This document shows positions 46,568 through 55,415 of a DNA stretch of 64,000 bases, piece after piece. This stretch comes from Desulfuromonadales bacterium. Lineage in GTDB: Bacteria; Desulfobacterota; Desulfuromonadia; Desulfuromonadales; SZUA-540. Position 1 is the stretch's first letter, and the number at the start of each line of letters is the position of its first letter. The position numbers and the translations under genes were made by a program. The stretch covers positions 64,001 to 128,000 of the forward strand of contig JAWSUS010000004.1 in the NCBI GenBank assembly GCA_033549025.1, read 5' to 3'. The notes below the pieces were generated by a model that saw only the letters and a program-made list of their open reading frames with translations, did no database searches and was not told where the DNA came from.

Positions 46568-47677
46568 ATGGCCAAGACGGAAGAGTTTATCCCCAAGTGG
46601 ATCGCTTGGGAAAGCACTCAGCGCTGCAATCTCAACTGTGTACATTGCCGCTGCTCTTCGGATCTGCAGTCCTCCGAGGGGGATTTCACTACCGAAGAGG
46701 CGTTCAAGCTGATTGACGACATCTGCGAGGTGTCCAAGCCGGTGATGGTACTTTCCGGCGGCGAGCCCCTCATGCGCAAGGATATCTTCGAGATCGCCCG
46801 CTATGGCACTGAAAAGGGGCTGCGCATGTGCATGGCCACCAACGGCACCCTCATCACCGACGAGGTCTGCCGGCAGATGAAGGAGGCGGACATCAAGATG
46901 GTCTCCCTCTCCCTCGACGGCTCCACCGCGGCCATCCACGACGATTTCCGCAACTGCCCCGGCGCCTTTGAGGGGACGATCCGCGGCGCCGAGACCCTCA
47001 AGCGCAACGGCATCAAGTTTCTCATCAATTCTTCCTTCACCAAGCGCAACCAGAAGGACATCGCCGCCACCTTCAAGCTGGCCAAGAGCCTGGGGGCGAC
47101 GGCCTGGTACATGTTCATGATCGTACCCACCGGCCGCGGCGAGGAGATCATGAACGAGCTCATCTCCAAGGAGGACTACGAGGAAATTCTGGCCTGGCAC
47201 TACGAACAGGAGAAGAACGAGGACGACATCCTCATGCGCCCCACCTGCGCCCCGCACTACTACCGCATCGTACCGCAGATGGCCAAGGCCGAAGGGGTCG
47301 ACTTTCAGCGGCGCAGCCTGACCTTTTCCACCGGCGGCGGCAAGGGCTGCATCGCGGCCCAGACCATCTGCCTTATCGACTGCTTCGGCAACCTCAAACC
47401 CTGCTCCTATTTCCACTCCTCCGTCGGCAACGTCAAGCAGATCCCCTTCAAGGAGCTCTGGTTCAGTTCCAAGGTGTTCAACGATCTGCGTGATTTCAAG
47501 AAATATCAGGGCAAGTGCGGCGAGTGTGAGTTCATCAACGTCTGCGGCGGCTGCCGGGCCCGGGCCGATGCCGTGTACGGAGACTACATGGCCGAGGAGC
47601 CCTTCTGCAACTACATCCCCAGCCGCACGCGCAAGCGCATGGAGAAGGAAGCGGCGGAGAACGCGGCAAAATCGTAG
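46568..47677 (+). CDS. ahbD: Radical SAM/SPASM enzyme, AhbD (coproheme decarboxylase / heme b synthase)-like
   Basis: [55 protein letters not shown]; immediately upstream of hemE-hemH. Confidence 0.72.
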   Translation: MAKTEEFIPKWIAWESTQRCNLNCVHCRCSSDLQSSEGDFTTEEAFKLIDDICEVSKPVMVLSGGEPLMRKDIFEIARYGTEKGLRMCMATNGTLITDEVCRQMKEADIKMVSLSLDGSTAAIHDDFRNCPGAFEGTIRGAETLKRNGIKFLINSSFTKRNQKDIAATFKLAKSLGATAWYMFMIVPTGRGEEIMNELISKEDYEEILAWHYEQEKNEDDILMRPTCAPHYYRIVPQMAKAEGVDFQRRSLTFSTGGGKGCIAAQTICLIDCFGNLKPCSYFHSSVGNVKQIPFKELWFSSKVFNDLRDFKKYQGKCGECEFINVCGGCRARADAVYGDYMAEEPFCNYIPSRTRKRMEKEAAENAAKS

Positions 47678-47723
47678 GGGCGCAATTCATTGCGCCCTGG
47701 GCGGCATCGCATGGCGCCCCTAC
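47674..47723. repeat. GTAG-family REP doublet (inverted pair)
   Basis: GTAGGGGCGCAATTCATTGCGCCC followed by an inverted copy whose reverse complement reads GTAGGGGCGCCATGCGATGCCGCCC. Confidence 0.75.
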
Positions 47724-47757
47724 CGATGGTTTAATTTCACAGGAGGAACCGGATCAC

Positions 47758-48786
47758 ATGAGTACTGAATACAATTTCATCAAGGCCTGCTGGGGCCAGC
47801 CCGTTGACCGCACTCCCGTCTGGCTCATGCGTCAGGCCGGCCGCTATCTTCCCCAGTACATGGAGGTCCGCAAGAAGGTCTCCTTCCTCGAACTGTGCAA
47901 GACGCCGGAACTGGCTGCCGAGGTCACCATCCAGCCCATCGATTACCTGGGTGCCGACGCCGCCATCCTCTTTTCCGACATCCTGACCCCGGTGGAGCCC
48001 ATGGGGCTCAAGCTCGACTTCGTCCCCGGGCCGGTCTTTGAAAACCCGGTGCGCACCAAGGCTGACATCGACGCCCTGCGCATCCCCGTGATGGAAGAGG
48101 ACGTCCCCTATGTGCTCGAGACCATCAAGATCCTGCGCCGCGAGTTCGAAGGCCGCGTTCCCCTCATCGGTTTCGGCGGCGCCCCCTTCACTCTGGCCTG
48201 CTACATGGTGGAAGGCAAGGGGAGCAAGGATTTTGCCCAGATCAAGCGCATGATGTACGGGGCGCCCGAGCTCTATGCCGCCCTCATGGACAAGGTCACC
48301 GAGATGGACCGCCAGTACCTCAACGCCCAGATCGCCGCCGGAGCCCAGGCCATCCAGATCTTCGACACCTGGGGCGGCATCGTCTCCCCTCTCGATTACG
48401 AAAAGTACATCCTGCCGTACACCACCAAGCTCATCAACGGCCTCAACCGCAAGGACATCCCCATCATCCACTTTGTCAAGGGATCGGGGACCATGCTCGA
48501 TATCGTCAAGAAAGCCGGCTCCGACGTGGTCGGGCTCGACTGGCATCTCGGCCTCGGCAAGGCCCGGGACATTCTCGGCGCCGACATCGCCGTACAGGGG
48601 AACCTCGACCCCACGGTCCTCTACGCCCCCAAGGCGCACATCGAAACGGAGGTCAAGCGCATCCTCGATGAGAACGCCGGCCGACCGGGCCATATTTTCA
48701 ACCTCGGCCACGGTATCCTGCCCACGGTCGACCCCGAGCACGCCAAATTCATGGTCGACTGCGTGCACCGCCTCAGCCAGAAGTAA
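47758..48786 (+). CDS. hemE: Uroporphyrinogen decarboxylase
   Basis: PVWLMRQAGRYLP, AILFSDIL, LIGFGGAPFTLACY, HIFNLGHGI. Confidence 0.97.
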   Translation: MSTEYNFIKACWGQPVDRTPVWLMRQAGRYLPQYMEVRKKVSFLELCKTPELAAEVTIQPIDYLGADAAILFSDILTPVEPMGLKLDFVPGPVFENPVRTKADIDALRIPVMEEDVPYVLETIKILRREFEGRVPLIGFGGAPFTLACYMVEGKGSKDFAQIKRMMYGAPELYAALMDKVTEMDRQYLNAQIAAGAQAIQIFDTWGGIVSPLDYEKYILPYTTKLINGLNRKDIPIIHFVKGSGTMLDIVKKAGSDVVGLDWHLGLGKARDILGADIAVQGNLDPTVLYAPKAHIETEVKRILDENAGRPGHIFNLGHGILPTVDPEHAKFMVDCVHRLSQK

Positions 48787-48850
48787 CGCGTACGGGGTGA
48801 GGCGAGAGACGAGGTCATAACGCCTCTCGCCTCACCCCTCACCCCTCTCG
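48787..48850. repeat. Heptamer-repeat hairpin in the hemE-hemH spacer
   Basis: GGGGTGAGGCGAGAG / CTCTCGCCTCACCCC stem; tandem heptamers CGCCTCT CGCCTCA CCCCTCA CCCCTCT. Confidence 0.65.
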
Positions 48851-48863
48851 GGTTATAGCCATC

Positions 48864-49841
48864 ATGGATTCTGACAAACCGATCGGCATTGTTCTGCTCA
48901 ACATGGGAGGACCCGACTCGTTGGAGGCGGTGGAGCCCTTTCTCTACAACCTCTTTTCCGACCGGGAGCTGATCCGCCTGCCGCTGGGGGCTTTGCTGCA
49001 GCGTCCTTTCGCCCGGCTGATCTCCTTCTTTCGGGCCAAAAAGGTTCGGTTGAATTATCGCGCCATCGGCGGCAAAACGCCCCTGCTCATGTGGACGCAG
49101 CGGCAGGCCGAGGGCGTGGCCAGGGCTCTGGGCACCTCCTTCAAGCCTTATGTGGCCATGCGCTACTGGCATCCTTTCGCCCTGGAGACCCTGCGCCAGA
49201 TGCGGGCCGACGGGGTGGAGCGGGCTGTGGTGCTCTCCATGTATCCCCATTACACCGGCGCGACGGGAGGGAGCAGCCTCAACGACTTTCGCCGCGCCGC
49301 CCGCGAGAATCATCCCGACCTGCAGTTTACCGTCATCGACCAGTGGTACGACTGGCCGGGTTACCTTGACGCCCTGGCCCAGCGCGTGCGGGAGGGGCTG
49401 GAGCAGTTCCATGAGCTGCGGCGGGACGACGTGCAGATCCTCTTTTCCGCCCATGCGCTGCCGCAGAAGTTCATCGACCGCGGCGATCCTTATCTCGAAC
49501 ATATCCTGGCTACGGTCAAGGGGGTGATGGAGCGGGTGGGTGAGCGTCCCTGGCATCTCGGCTTTCAGAGCCGCAGCGGTCCCGTCACCTGGATGGAGCC
49601 GGACACCGTCGAGGTCATCGACACCCTGGCGGCGGAAGGGCACAAGGCCGTCCTCATGGTGCCGATCTCCTTCGTTTCCGACCACATCGAAACCCTGCAC
49701 GAGATCGACATCGAGTATGCCGAACACGCCTACAAGGCCGGCATCCCCTCCTTCCAGCGGGTGCCCTCTTTAAACGATCACGACGATTTTATCCAGGCCC
49801 TGGCCGGACTGGTGCGCGACACTCTGGAGAAACCGGCATGA
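48864..49841 (+). CDS. hemH: Ferrochelatase
   Basis: LLNMGGP, AMRYWHP, LFSAHALP, FQSRSGP, FVSDHIETLHEID. Confidence 0.97.
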   Translation: MDSDKPIGIVLLNMGGPDSLEAVEPFLYNLFSDRELIRLPLGALLQRPFARLISFFRAKKVRLNYRAIGGKTPLLMWTQRQAEGVARALGTSFKPYVAMRYWHPFALETLRQMRADGVERAVVLSMYPHYTGATGGSSLNDFRRAARENHPDLQFTVIDQWYDWPGYLDALAQRVREGLEQFHELRRDDVQILFSAHALPQKFIDRGDPYLEHILATVKGVMERVGERPWHLGFQSRSGPVTWMEPDTVEVIDTLAAEGHKAVLMVPISFVSDHIETLHEIDIEYAEHAYKAGIPSFQRVPSLNDHDDFIQALAGLVRDTLEKPA

Positions 49842-50020
49842 AAACCTGCGCCATCTGCGGCAAGACCTTCGACCCCGAGGCTCCGCTCGATAATCCCAGT
49901 GAACAGGCCGGTCTGCACATGGCCCGCGAGCTCTATGACGATGCCGACCAGCTCTGCCCCCAGTGCCTGTCCAATCGCGGCACCCTGGGGATGATGTACT
50001 GCACCGAGTTCTACGGTTGA
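49838..50020 (+). CDS. Small Cys-rich protein (CxxC...CxxC), translationally coupled to hemH
   Basis: ATGA overlap with the hemH stop; CAIC, CPQC, MMYC; followed by a terminator. Confidence 0.7.
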   Translation: MKTCAICGKTFDPEAPLDNPSEQAGLHMARELYDDADQLCPQCLSNRGTLGMMYCTEFYG

Positions 50021-50041
50021 AAATCGTTTCAGCGCCCAAGC

Positions 50042-50075
50042 AAAAAGGGCCTCCCGCAGTGGGGAGGCCCTTTTT
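50042..50075. terminator. Bidirectional terminator
   Basis: AAAAAGGGCCTCCC-GCAGTG-GGGAGGCCCTTTTT. Confidence 0.85.
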
Positions 50076-50966
50076 TCATAGCCCGTTTTTTTGCAGCTCT
50101 TCCAGCAGTTTTCGCTGCCTGTCGGTAAGTTTCTGCGGCACTTCCACCTCGATGATGGCGTAGAGGTCGCCTTTTTCCTGCTTGCCGCTACCGGGCACCC
50201 CAAAGCCCTTGAGGCGGATCTTCTTGCCGGCCGAGGTGCCGGCGGGCACCTTGACGCGTTTGGGGCCTTCCAGGGTGGGAACCTCCACCGACGTACCGAG
50301 ACAGGCGCCGCTGAAGGGAACCTGCACGCGGGCGTAGAGGTCCTGGCCCTCGCGGGTCAGGGCGGGGTCCGGATCCACCTTGATTTCCAGGTAGAGATCG
50401 CCGGGCGGGCCTCCCATGGGGCTGGGGCCGCCCTTGCCGGCAACACGCAGCTTCTTGCCCGGCTCGACCCCGGCGGGGATGCGGACCTGCAGGTGCTCCA
50501 CCTGGTCGCCCTGTTTGTAGTCGACCCGGCGCTCGCCGCCGAGGACCGCCTGGCGAAAGGGGATGGTAAGGGACATCAGGTAGTCCTGCCCCTTGACCGC
50601 CTGCCGGCGGGTGGAGCCGGTGAAGGGGGCTTTGCGGCCGCCGCCGAACAGGTGGCTGAAGATATCGTCGGTGCCGAAACCGAATTCGCGGAAGATATCC
50701 CCCACATCGAAGTCGCGGTAAATGTCTTCCTGGCTGTAGCGCTGGTGGAAGCCGGTCGAGCCGAACTGGTCGTACTGCTTCTTTTTGTCGGGATTCGACA
50801 GCACGGCGTAGGCCTCGGTAATCTCCTTGAAGCGCTCTTCCGCCTTCTTGTCGCCCGGATTTTTGTCCGGATGGTATTTCAGGGCCAGCTTGCGGTAGGC
50901 CTTCTTGATCTCTTCGGCTGAGGCCTCCTTGGCCACGCCGAGCACGTCATAGTAATTCTTGGTCAT
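50076..50966 (-). CDS. Class B J-domain protein (CbpA-like; DnaJ without zinc finger)
   Basis: J domain with HPD, G/F-rich linker, DnaJ_C domain, no CxxCxGxG repeats. Confidence 0.93.
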   Translation of the reverse strand: MTKNYYDVLGVAKEASAEEIKKAYRKLALKYHPDKNPGDKKAEERFKEITEAYAVLSNPDKKKQYDQFGSTGFHQRYSQEDIYRDFDVGDIFREFGFGTDDIFSHLFGGGRKAPFTGSTRRQAVKGQDYLMSLTIPFRQAVLGGERRVDYKQGDQVEHLQVRIPAGVEPGKKLRVAGKGGPSPMGGPPGDLYLEIKVDPDPALTREGQDLYARVQVPFSGACLGTSVEVPTLEGPKRVKVPAGTSAGKKIRLKGFGVPGSGKQEKGDLYAIIEVEVPQKLTDRQRKLLEELQKNGL

Positions 50967-51003
50967 GCGGTCTCCTGCTTATGTAGAGCCTGTGTCGGAA
51001 CTT

Positions 51004-51032
51004 ACTATAATTACGCCTGCCCGCTGCGTCAA
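51004..51032 (-). promoter_or_regulatory. Sigma70-type promoter for the J-domain gene
   Basis: Minus strand TTGACG-N17-TATAGT. Confidence 0.6.
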
Positions 51033-51135
51033 GCGCGCCCGGTCAAAATGCAGGGGTAAAGGCACATTCCTTGCTTTGTATGGAGCCTGAATGTGACGCA
51101 GGACGGTCCGCCAAGACAGAGAGTGCAGGTTCCGC

Positions 51136-51164
51136 TTGACCCCGCCGGTGGGCTGTTCTATGTT
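51136..51164 (+). promoter_or_regulatory. Sigma70-type promoter for hemY
   Basis: TTGACC-N17-TATGTT. Confidence 0.5.
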
Positions 51165-51267
51165 TTTTCGTGCGGGTGTGGGTTGAAAATACCCATCTTC
51201 CCGGTTATTTGACCAGGTCGGTCCAGGTCCTTTGAATCCATTCCATCCTCCAACCCAAGGAGCTACG

Positions 51268-52677
51268 ATGCGCGTCGCCATTATCGGAGCCGGTATTTCC
51301 GGTCTGTCCACGGCTTTTGCCATTGAACGCCTGGCCCGCGAGGCCGGCCTCGACCTGCAGACGGTCATTTTTGAAAAGAAGGAGCGCACTGGCGGCAAAA
51401 TTCACAGTATCCAGGAAGAGGGATATCTGTGCGAGTGGGGGCCCAATGGCTTTCTCGACAACAAGCCCATGACCCTTGAACTCTGCGACCGGCTGGATAT
51501 CCGCGGCCAGCTGGCCCGCTCCAACGACAACGCTCGCAAGCGTTTCATCTATTCGGAAGGACAGTTGCACCGCCTGCCGGAAAACGGACCGTCCTTTCTG
51601 AAATCCCCGCTGATCTCCTGGCCAGGCAAGCTGCGTCTCGCCTGTGAGACGCTGATTCCCGCCTACCGGGGTGACGATGACGAGACCCTCGCGCATTTTG
51701 CCCGCCGCCGCCTGGGCGAGGAAGCCCTCGACAAACTCATCGCCCCCATGGTTTCCGGTATTTTTGCCGGCGACCCGGAGACCATGAGCCTCAAGAGCTG
51801 TTTCCCCCGCATCCATCAACTCGAACAGGATTACGGCGGCCTGATCAAGGCCATGCTCAAGCTGGCCAAAAAGAAGAAGGCCGAGCGCAAAGCCGGCAAG
51901 GTCGTGGCCAGTGCCGCCGGCCCTGGTGGCGTTCTCACCTCATTTGTCGGCGGCATCCAGGAGTTGACCGATCGTCTGCAGCAGGCCGTCACCGGCGAAC
52001 TGCGCACGGGGGTGGGTGTCAACGGCATCCTGCCCAAAAAAGGAGGATTTGAGCTGCACCTGGAGGACGGCTCCATCGAAGAGGCGGAGATGGTGGTCAG
52101 TGCCGCTCCCGCCTACGCCCTGGCCGGCATGCTGGAAGAGTCCCTGCCCGAGGTAGCGCAGACGCTCAAGGAGATCCCCTATGCCTCCATGAACGTCGTC
52201 TGCTTCGGCTACGCACGGGAGCAGATTGCCCGGGACCTGGACGGCTTCGGCTACCTCATTCCCCGCAAGGAAGGGCGCCACACGCTGGGCACCCTGTGGG
52301 ATTCGAGCATTTTCCCCAACCGTGCCCCCGAAGGGCATGTCCTTCTGCGCTCCATGATGGGCGGCGCGACCCATCCCGGCGCCTTCGAGCTGACCGAAGC
52401 GGAGGTCAAGTCGCGCGTGATGGAAGACCTGGCCACCATCATGGGGATCAAGGCCGAGCCGCAGTTTGTGCGCATCTTCCGCCATCGCCGCGCCATCCCC
52501 CAATATGTGGCCGGTCACGCCAGCAAATTACTGGCGCTGGACGAGAGGCTGGGGGCATGCCCCGGGTTGTTCTTCACGGGCAACGCCTATTTCGGGGTGG
52601 GGCTCAACGACTGTGTCAACGCCTCCAACCAGATGGCAGAAAAAGTGCTGGACCATGTCCGGGCCACCAAGGTCTGA
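51268..52677 (+). CDS. hemY: HemY-type (proto/copro)porphyrinogen oxidase
   Basis: IIGAGISGL, EWGPNGF, SGIFAGD, GFGYLIP, AIPQY, GVGLNDC; GGAG RBS. Confidence 0.93.
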   Translation: MRVAIIGAGISGLSTAFAIERLAREAGLDLQTVIFEKKERTGGKIHSIQEEGYLCEWGPNGFLDNKPMTLELCDRLDIRGQLARSNDNARKRFIYSEGQLHRLPENGPSFLKSPLISWPGKLRLACETLIPAYRGDDDETLAHFARRRLGEEALDKLIAPMVSGIFAGDPETMSLKSCFPRIHQLEQDYGGLIKAMLKLAKKKKAERKAGKVVASAAGPGGVLTSFVGGIQELTDRLQQAVTGELRTGVGVNGILPKKGGFELHLEDGSIEEAEMVVSAAPAYALAGMLEESLPEVAQTLKEIPYASMNVVCFGYAREQIARDLDGFGYLIPRKEGRHTLGTLWDSSIFPNRAPEGHVLLRSMMGGATHPGAFELTEAEVKSRVMEDLATIMGIKAEPQFVRIFRHRRAIPQYVAGHASKLLALDERLGACPGLFFTGNAYFGVGLNDCVNASNQMAEKVLDHVRATKV

Positions 52678-52692
52678 GAATTCTCCGGATTG

Positions 52693-53640
52693 ATGCGTCC
52701 AATCAACCCTTCAGCCGCAACCGCTTTGGCGGGACGGGATGTCGGCCGAATCATCGGCCTGGTGGTGGTCTTCTACCTGGCCTGGGTGGGATTTTCTCTG
52801 GGCGTGCAACAACTGCCGGCACCCTCCATGCTCGAGGATTTGCTCCCCCTGCTGACTCTGGGGCTGCATCTGGGCTTCGCCGCTCTGGCCCTGGCTCTCT
52901 TCCACCGCACTTTCAGTCGGATATTCAAGGCCCATCCCCGCCTGCGCCTGGCGCTGATGGCCTTCTGCGTCCTGGTGGCCCTGGCCTTGTTCGGCGGCAG
53001 TCGCTGGCTGGTGCTGCCACCGTCGGTTTTTGTCGATCTGTTCGGCACGGCCAACCTGCTGCTGCTGGCCATGGTGCTGGGGAGCTGGATGACGACCGCC
53101 TTGAGCCGTCCGGCCGAGTTGGTCCCCGTTTGCCTGGTGATGTCGCTGGTCGATATTTTCAGCGTGAGTCGCGGCCCCAGTCGCATCATTGCCGGCCGCA
53201 TCGAGGAGTTCTACCTGAAGGGGAGGGAGGGGCTGGCCCCGGCCGGCGACTTTCTGCTCATCAAGATGACGCTCCCCGGCGACGCGGCCACCTTTCCCGT
53301 CTTTGGCGTATCGGACTGGATCATCGTCGCCTTTCTGGCCTTGGCCGCCGCCCGCTTCGGCTATAACGACAATCTGCTGGGACCCGGCCTCGCCACCCTG
53401 GGTGAGAGCAAAAGACCGGCGCTCTACTTCCCCCTGCCGGCAGCCGCCCTGCTGCTTGCCGTACTGCTGGCCCAATTTGCCGGCGTCTTCCTGCCGGCCC
53501 TTCCCTTTATTTCCGTACTCTTTCTGACCTTTCTCTTTGTGCGTTATCCGGCCAGCCGTCAGCTGCTGCGCACCGACTGGATGCTGGTGCTGACCTCCTT
53601 TGCGGCCATGGCCGCTCTCATGCTGCTCCCTTTGCGGTAG
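52693..53640 (+). CDS. Polytopic membrane protein with presenilin/signal-peptide-peptidase-like motifs
   Basis: About 9 hydrophobic segments; VDIFSV, FGVSD and LPALP motifs in the canonical order. Confidence 0.6.
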   Translation: MRPINPSAATALAGRDVGRIIGLVVVFYLAWVGFSLGVQQLPAPSMLEDLLPLLTLGLHLGFAALALALFHRTFSRIFKAHPRLRLALMAFCVLVALALFGGSRWLVLPPSVFVDLFGTANLLLLAMVLGSWMTTALSRPAELVPVCLVMSLVDIFSVSRGPSRIIAGRIEEFYLKGREGLAPAGDFLLIKMTLPGDAATFPVFGVSDWIIVAFLALAAARFGYNDNLLGPGLATLGESKRPALYFPLPAAALLLAVLLAQFAGVFLPALPFISVLFLTFLFVRYPASRQLLRTDWMLVLTSFAAMAALMLLPLR

Positions 53641-53720
53641 CTTCTCCGCTCATAATAAAGAAAGGCCGACATACGCCGGCCTTTTTGCTTAAAATCCCTC
53701 TGCCTCTAACGTGCAGCGTG

Positions 53721-54362
53721 TCAGGCATCCCATTTGCTGTGGCGATGCTCGGCGTAGTCGCGGCGCACCTTGCCCGTGAACATGGTGGGGAGGAGGGGAC
53801 GGTTGGCCTTGATCAGAAAAGCGCCGAGATGGGCGACGAACAGGCCGAGGAAGGCCATGGTCGCCAGGGTGTGGGTCAGGGTGACCACCTGCAGAAAGGT
53901 CGGATCCAGCGTGATGACGCCGGTGTTTTTGTAGACCTTGATCAGGCCGGTGGCGATGAGCAGCAGCGAAGTGAGACCCATGGCCGCGTAGGCGAGGCGC
54001 TGTTCGGCCAGAAACTTGCCGCTCGGCGGCTCTTCCTGGCCCGTCAACATGGCCTTGATGATCTCGACGCTCTCTTTGACATCCCCTTTTTGCGGGACGG
54101 CGGCGAATTCGCGGCGGCGCAGATGAAAGACCAGGTGAAAAAAGACGGCGACGGTAAAGACTATGGCCGCCAGATAATGGATGACCTGCTGGACCAGAAA
54201 ATCCGAAGCCCAGCCCAGTCCCGGCAGTTCGTTGACATAGAAGCGACCGTACAGAGGCATGGTACCGAAGCCGGAAAAGATCAGAACCAGGCCGCTGATG
54301 GCCACGGCCCAGTGAGTCAGGCGCACGGCGCCATCATGACGCAATACGTAATTATTTTTCAT
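53721..54362 (-). CDS. FdnI/PhsC-type di-heme cytochrome b membrane subunit
   Basis: RLTHW, IHY, GKFLAEQRLAY, LTHT, AHL His-bearing TM helices; start ATG 54362. Confidence 0.85.
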   Translation of the reverse strand: MKNNYVLRHDGAVRLTHWAVAISGLVLIFSGFGTMPLYGRFYVNELPGLGWASDFLVQQVIHYLAAIVFTVAVFFHLVFHLRRREFAAVPQKGDVKESVEIIKAMLTGQEEPPSGKFLAEQRLAYAAMGLTSLLLIATGLIKVYKNTGVITLDPTFLQVVTLTHTLATMAFLGLFVAHLGAFLIKANRPLLPTMFTGKVRRDYAEHRHSKWDA

Positions 54363-55326
54363 CGTTCTTCTCCCGTTTCGATACCGTGGCGGCAAAGGCA
54401 CCGACGACGCCGGCCACCGGGGCGAGCAGGGCCGCCTTGGCCAGGGCGCTCTGCTTTTCCAGGGCGTTTTCAGGGTTATGCAAGCGCATGACCTTGGCGG
54501 AATCAGCCCCTTGTCGCAGGGCGACATCGATCTGGTCAAAGGGCACTTTGGAAACATACAGGGTCGCGGTGCCGCCGTGTTCCGTATTGCCATAAAGGTG
54601 ACCGGAGTAAGAAGCGGCCAACGCCTCCGCCTGTCGCAGAATATCCTGGCGGTGTCCAATGTGCATGGCGCCACGAGGGCAGGCCGTCATGCAGGCGGGC
54701 TTTTCGCCTCGGGCCAGATCGTCGCGGCAGAGGTCGCATTTGTACATGACGCCGCCGCCGACGGGAGCGGGGTCGAGATAGGTATAGACGCCGACGCCGG
54801 CCTGACGCTGGGGCACATCCCAGGGGCAGACGGTGCGACACTTGGCGCCGCCGAAGCAGAGGGACGGGTCGATATGCACAGGCCCGTCCTTGTCCTTCTT
54901 GGCGGTGCCGAAGGGGCAGAGCTTGACGCAGGGGGGATTGTCGCAGTGCATGCAGCGGCGCGGGATGCTCAGTTCCTGTGGCTGGCCATCGACCTCGACG
55001 GCGACCTTCTGCACGAAGAGCCAGTTGTAGGGGGTCAGGCGTTCCGTCAACTCGCGGCGGCCGCTCCAATCCTCATGGGATTTTTGGGGCCAGTAATCCT
55101 TGAGCATGGCCGGATCGGGCTCGGGAAAGCGGGAGGCGTTGTGCTGGCGGCAGGCCGACACACAGGCTGGCGTGTCCTTGCCGGGGCAGCCGTCGCAGCG
55201 GGTGAGATCGATCAGGGTGGCGTAGGAATCGTCGGCAAGAGCCGCCTGCGCCCGGCCCTTCGGGACGACCGTGGCCGCGGTGGCCGCTGCCATGCCGGCC
55301 AGAAAGCTTCTGCGGGAAAATTTCAT
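54352..55326 (-). CDS. Tat-exported 4Fe-4S dicluster (FdnH/PsrB/HybA-like) electron-transfer subunit with C-terminal TM
   Basis: SRRSFL Tat motif; CDGC..ACVSAC, CMHCDNPPCVKLCP, CFGGAKCRTVCP, KCDLC..PACMTACP. Confidence 0.88.
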   Translation of the reverse strand: MKFSRRSFLAGMAAATAATVVPKGRAQAALADDSYATLIDLTRCDGCPGKDTPACVSACRQHNASRFPEPDPAMLKDYWPQKSHEDWSGRRELTERLTPYNWLFVQKVAVEVDGQPQELSIPRRCMHCDNPPCVKLCPFGTAKKDKDGPVHIDPSLCFGGAKCRTVCPWDVPQRQAGVGVYTYLDPAPVGGGVMYKCDLCRDDLARGEKPACMTACPRGAMHIGHRQDILRQAEALAASYSGHLYGNTEHGGTATLYVSKVPFDQIDVALRQGADSAKVMRLHNPENALEKQSALAKAALLAPVAGVVGAFAATVSKREKNDEK

Positions 55327-55380
55327 AGACACCTCTTTTTCATTTCTTGCGGAAAGTTCAATGGGCTTTGTTTTGGCTGA

Positions 55381-55398
55381 AATGAACGTTCGTTCGGT
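55381..55398. promoter_or_regulatory. Palindrome GAACG-N2-CGTTC, candidate TetR operator
   Basis: aatGAACGttCGTTCggt between tetR and the Fe-S gene start. Confidence 0.45.
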
Positions 55399-55415
55399 GC
55401 GAGTAGGTAAAAAAT

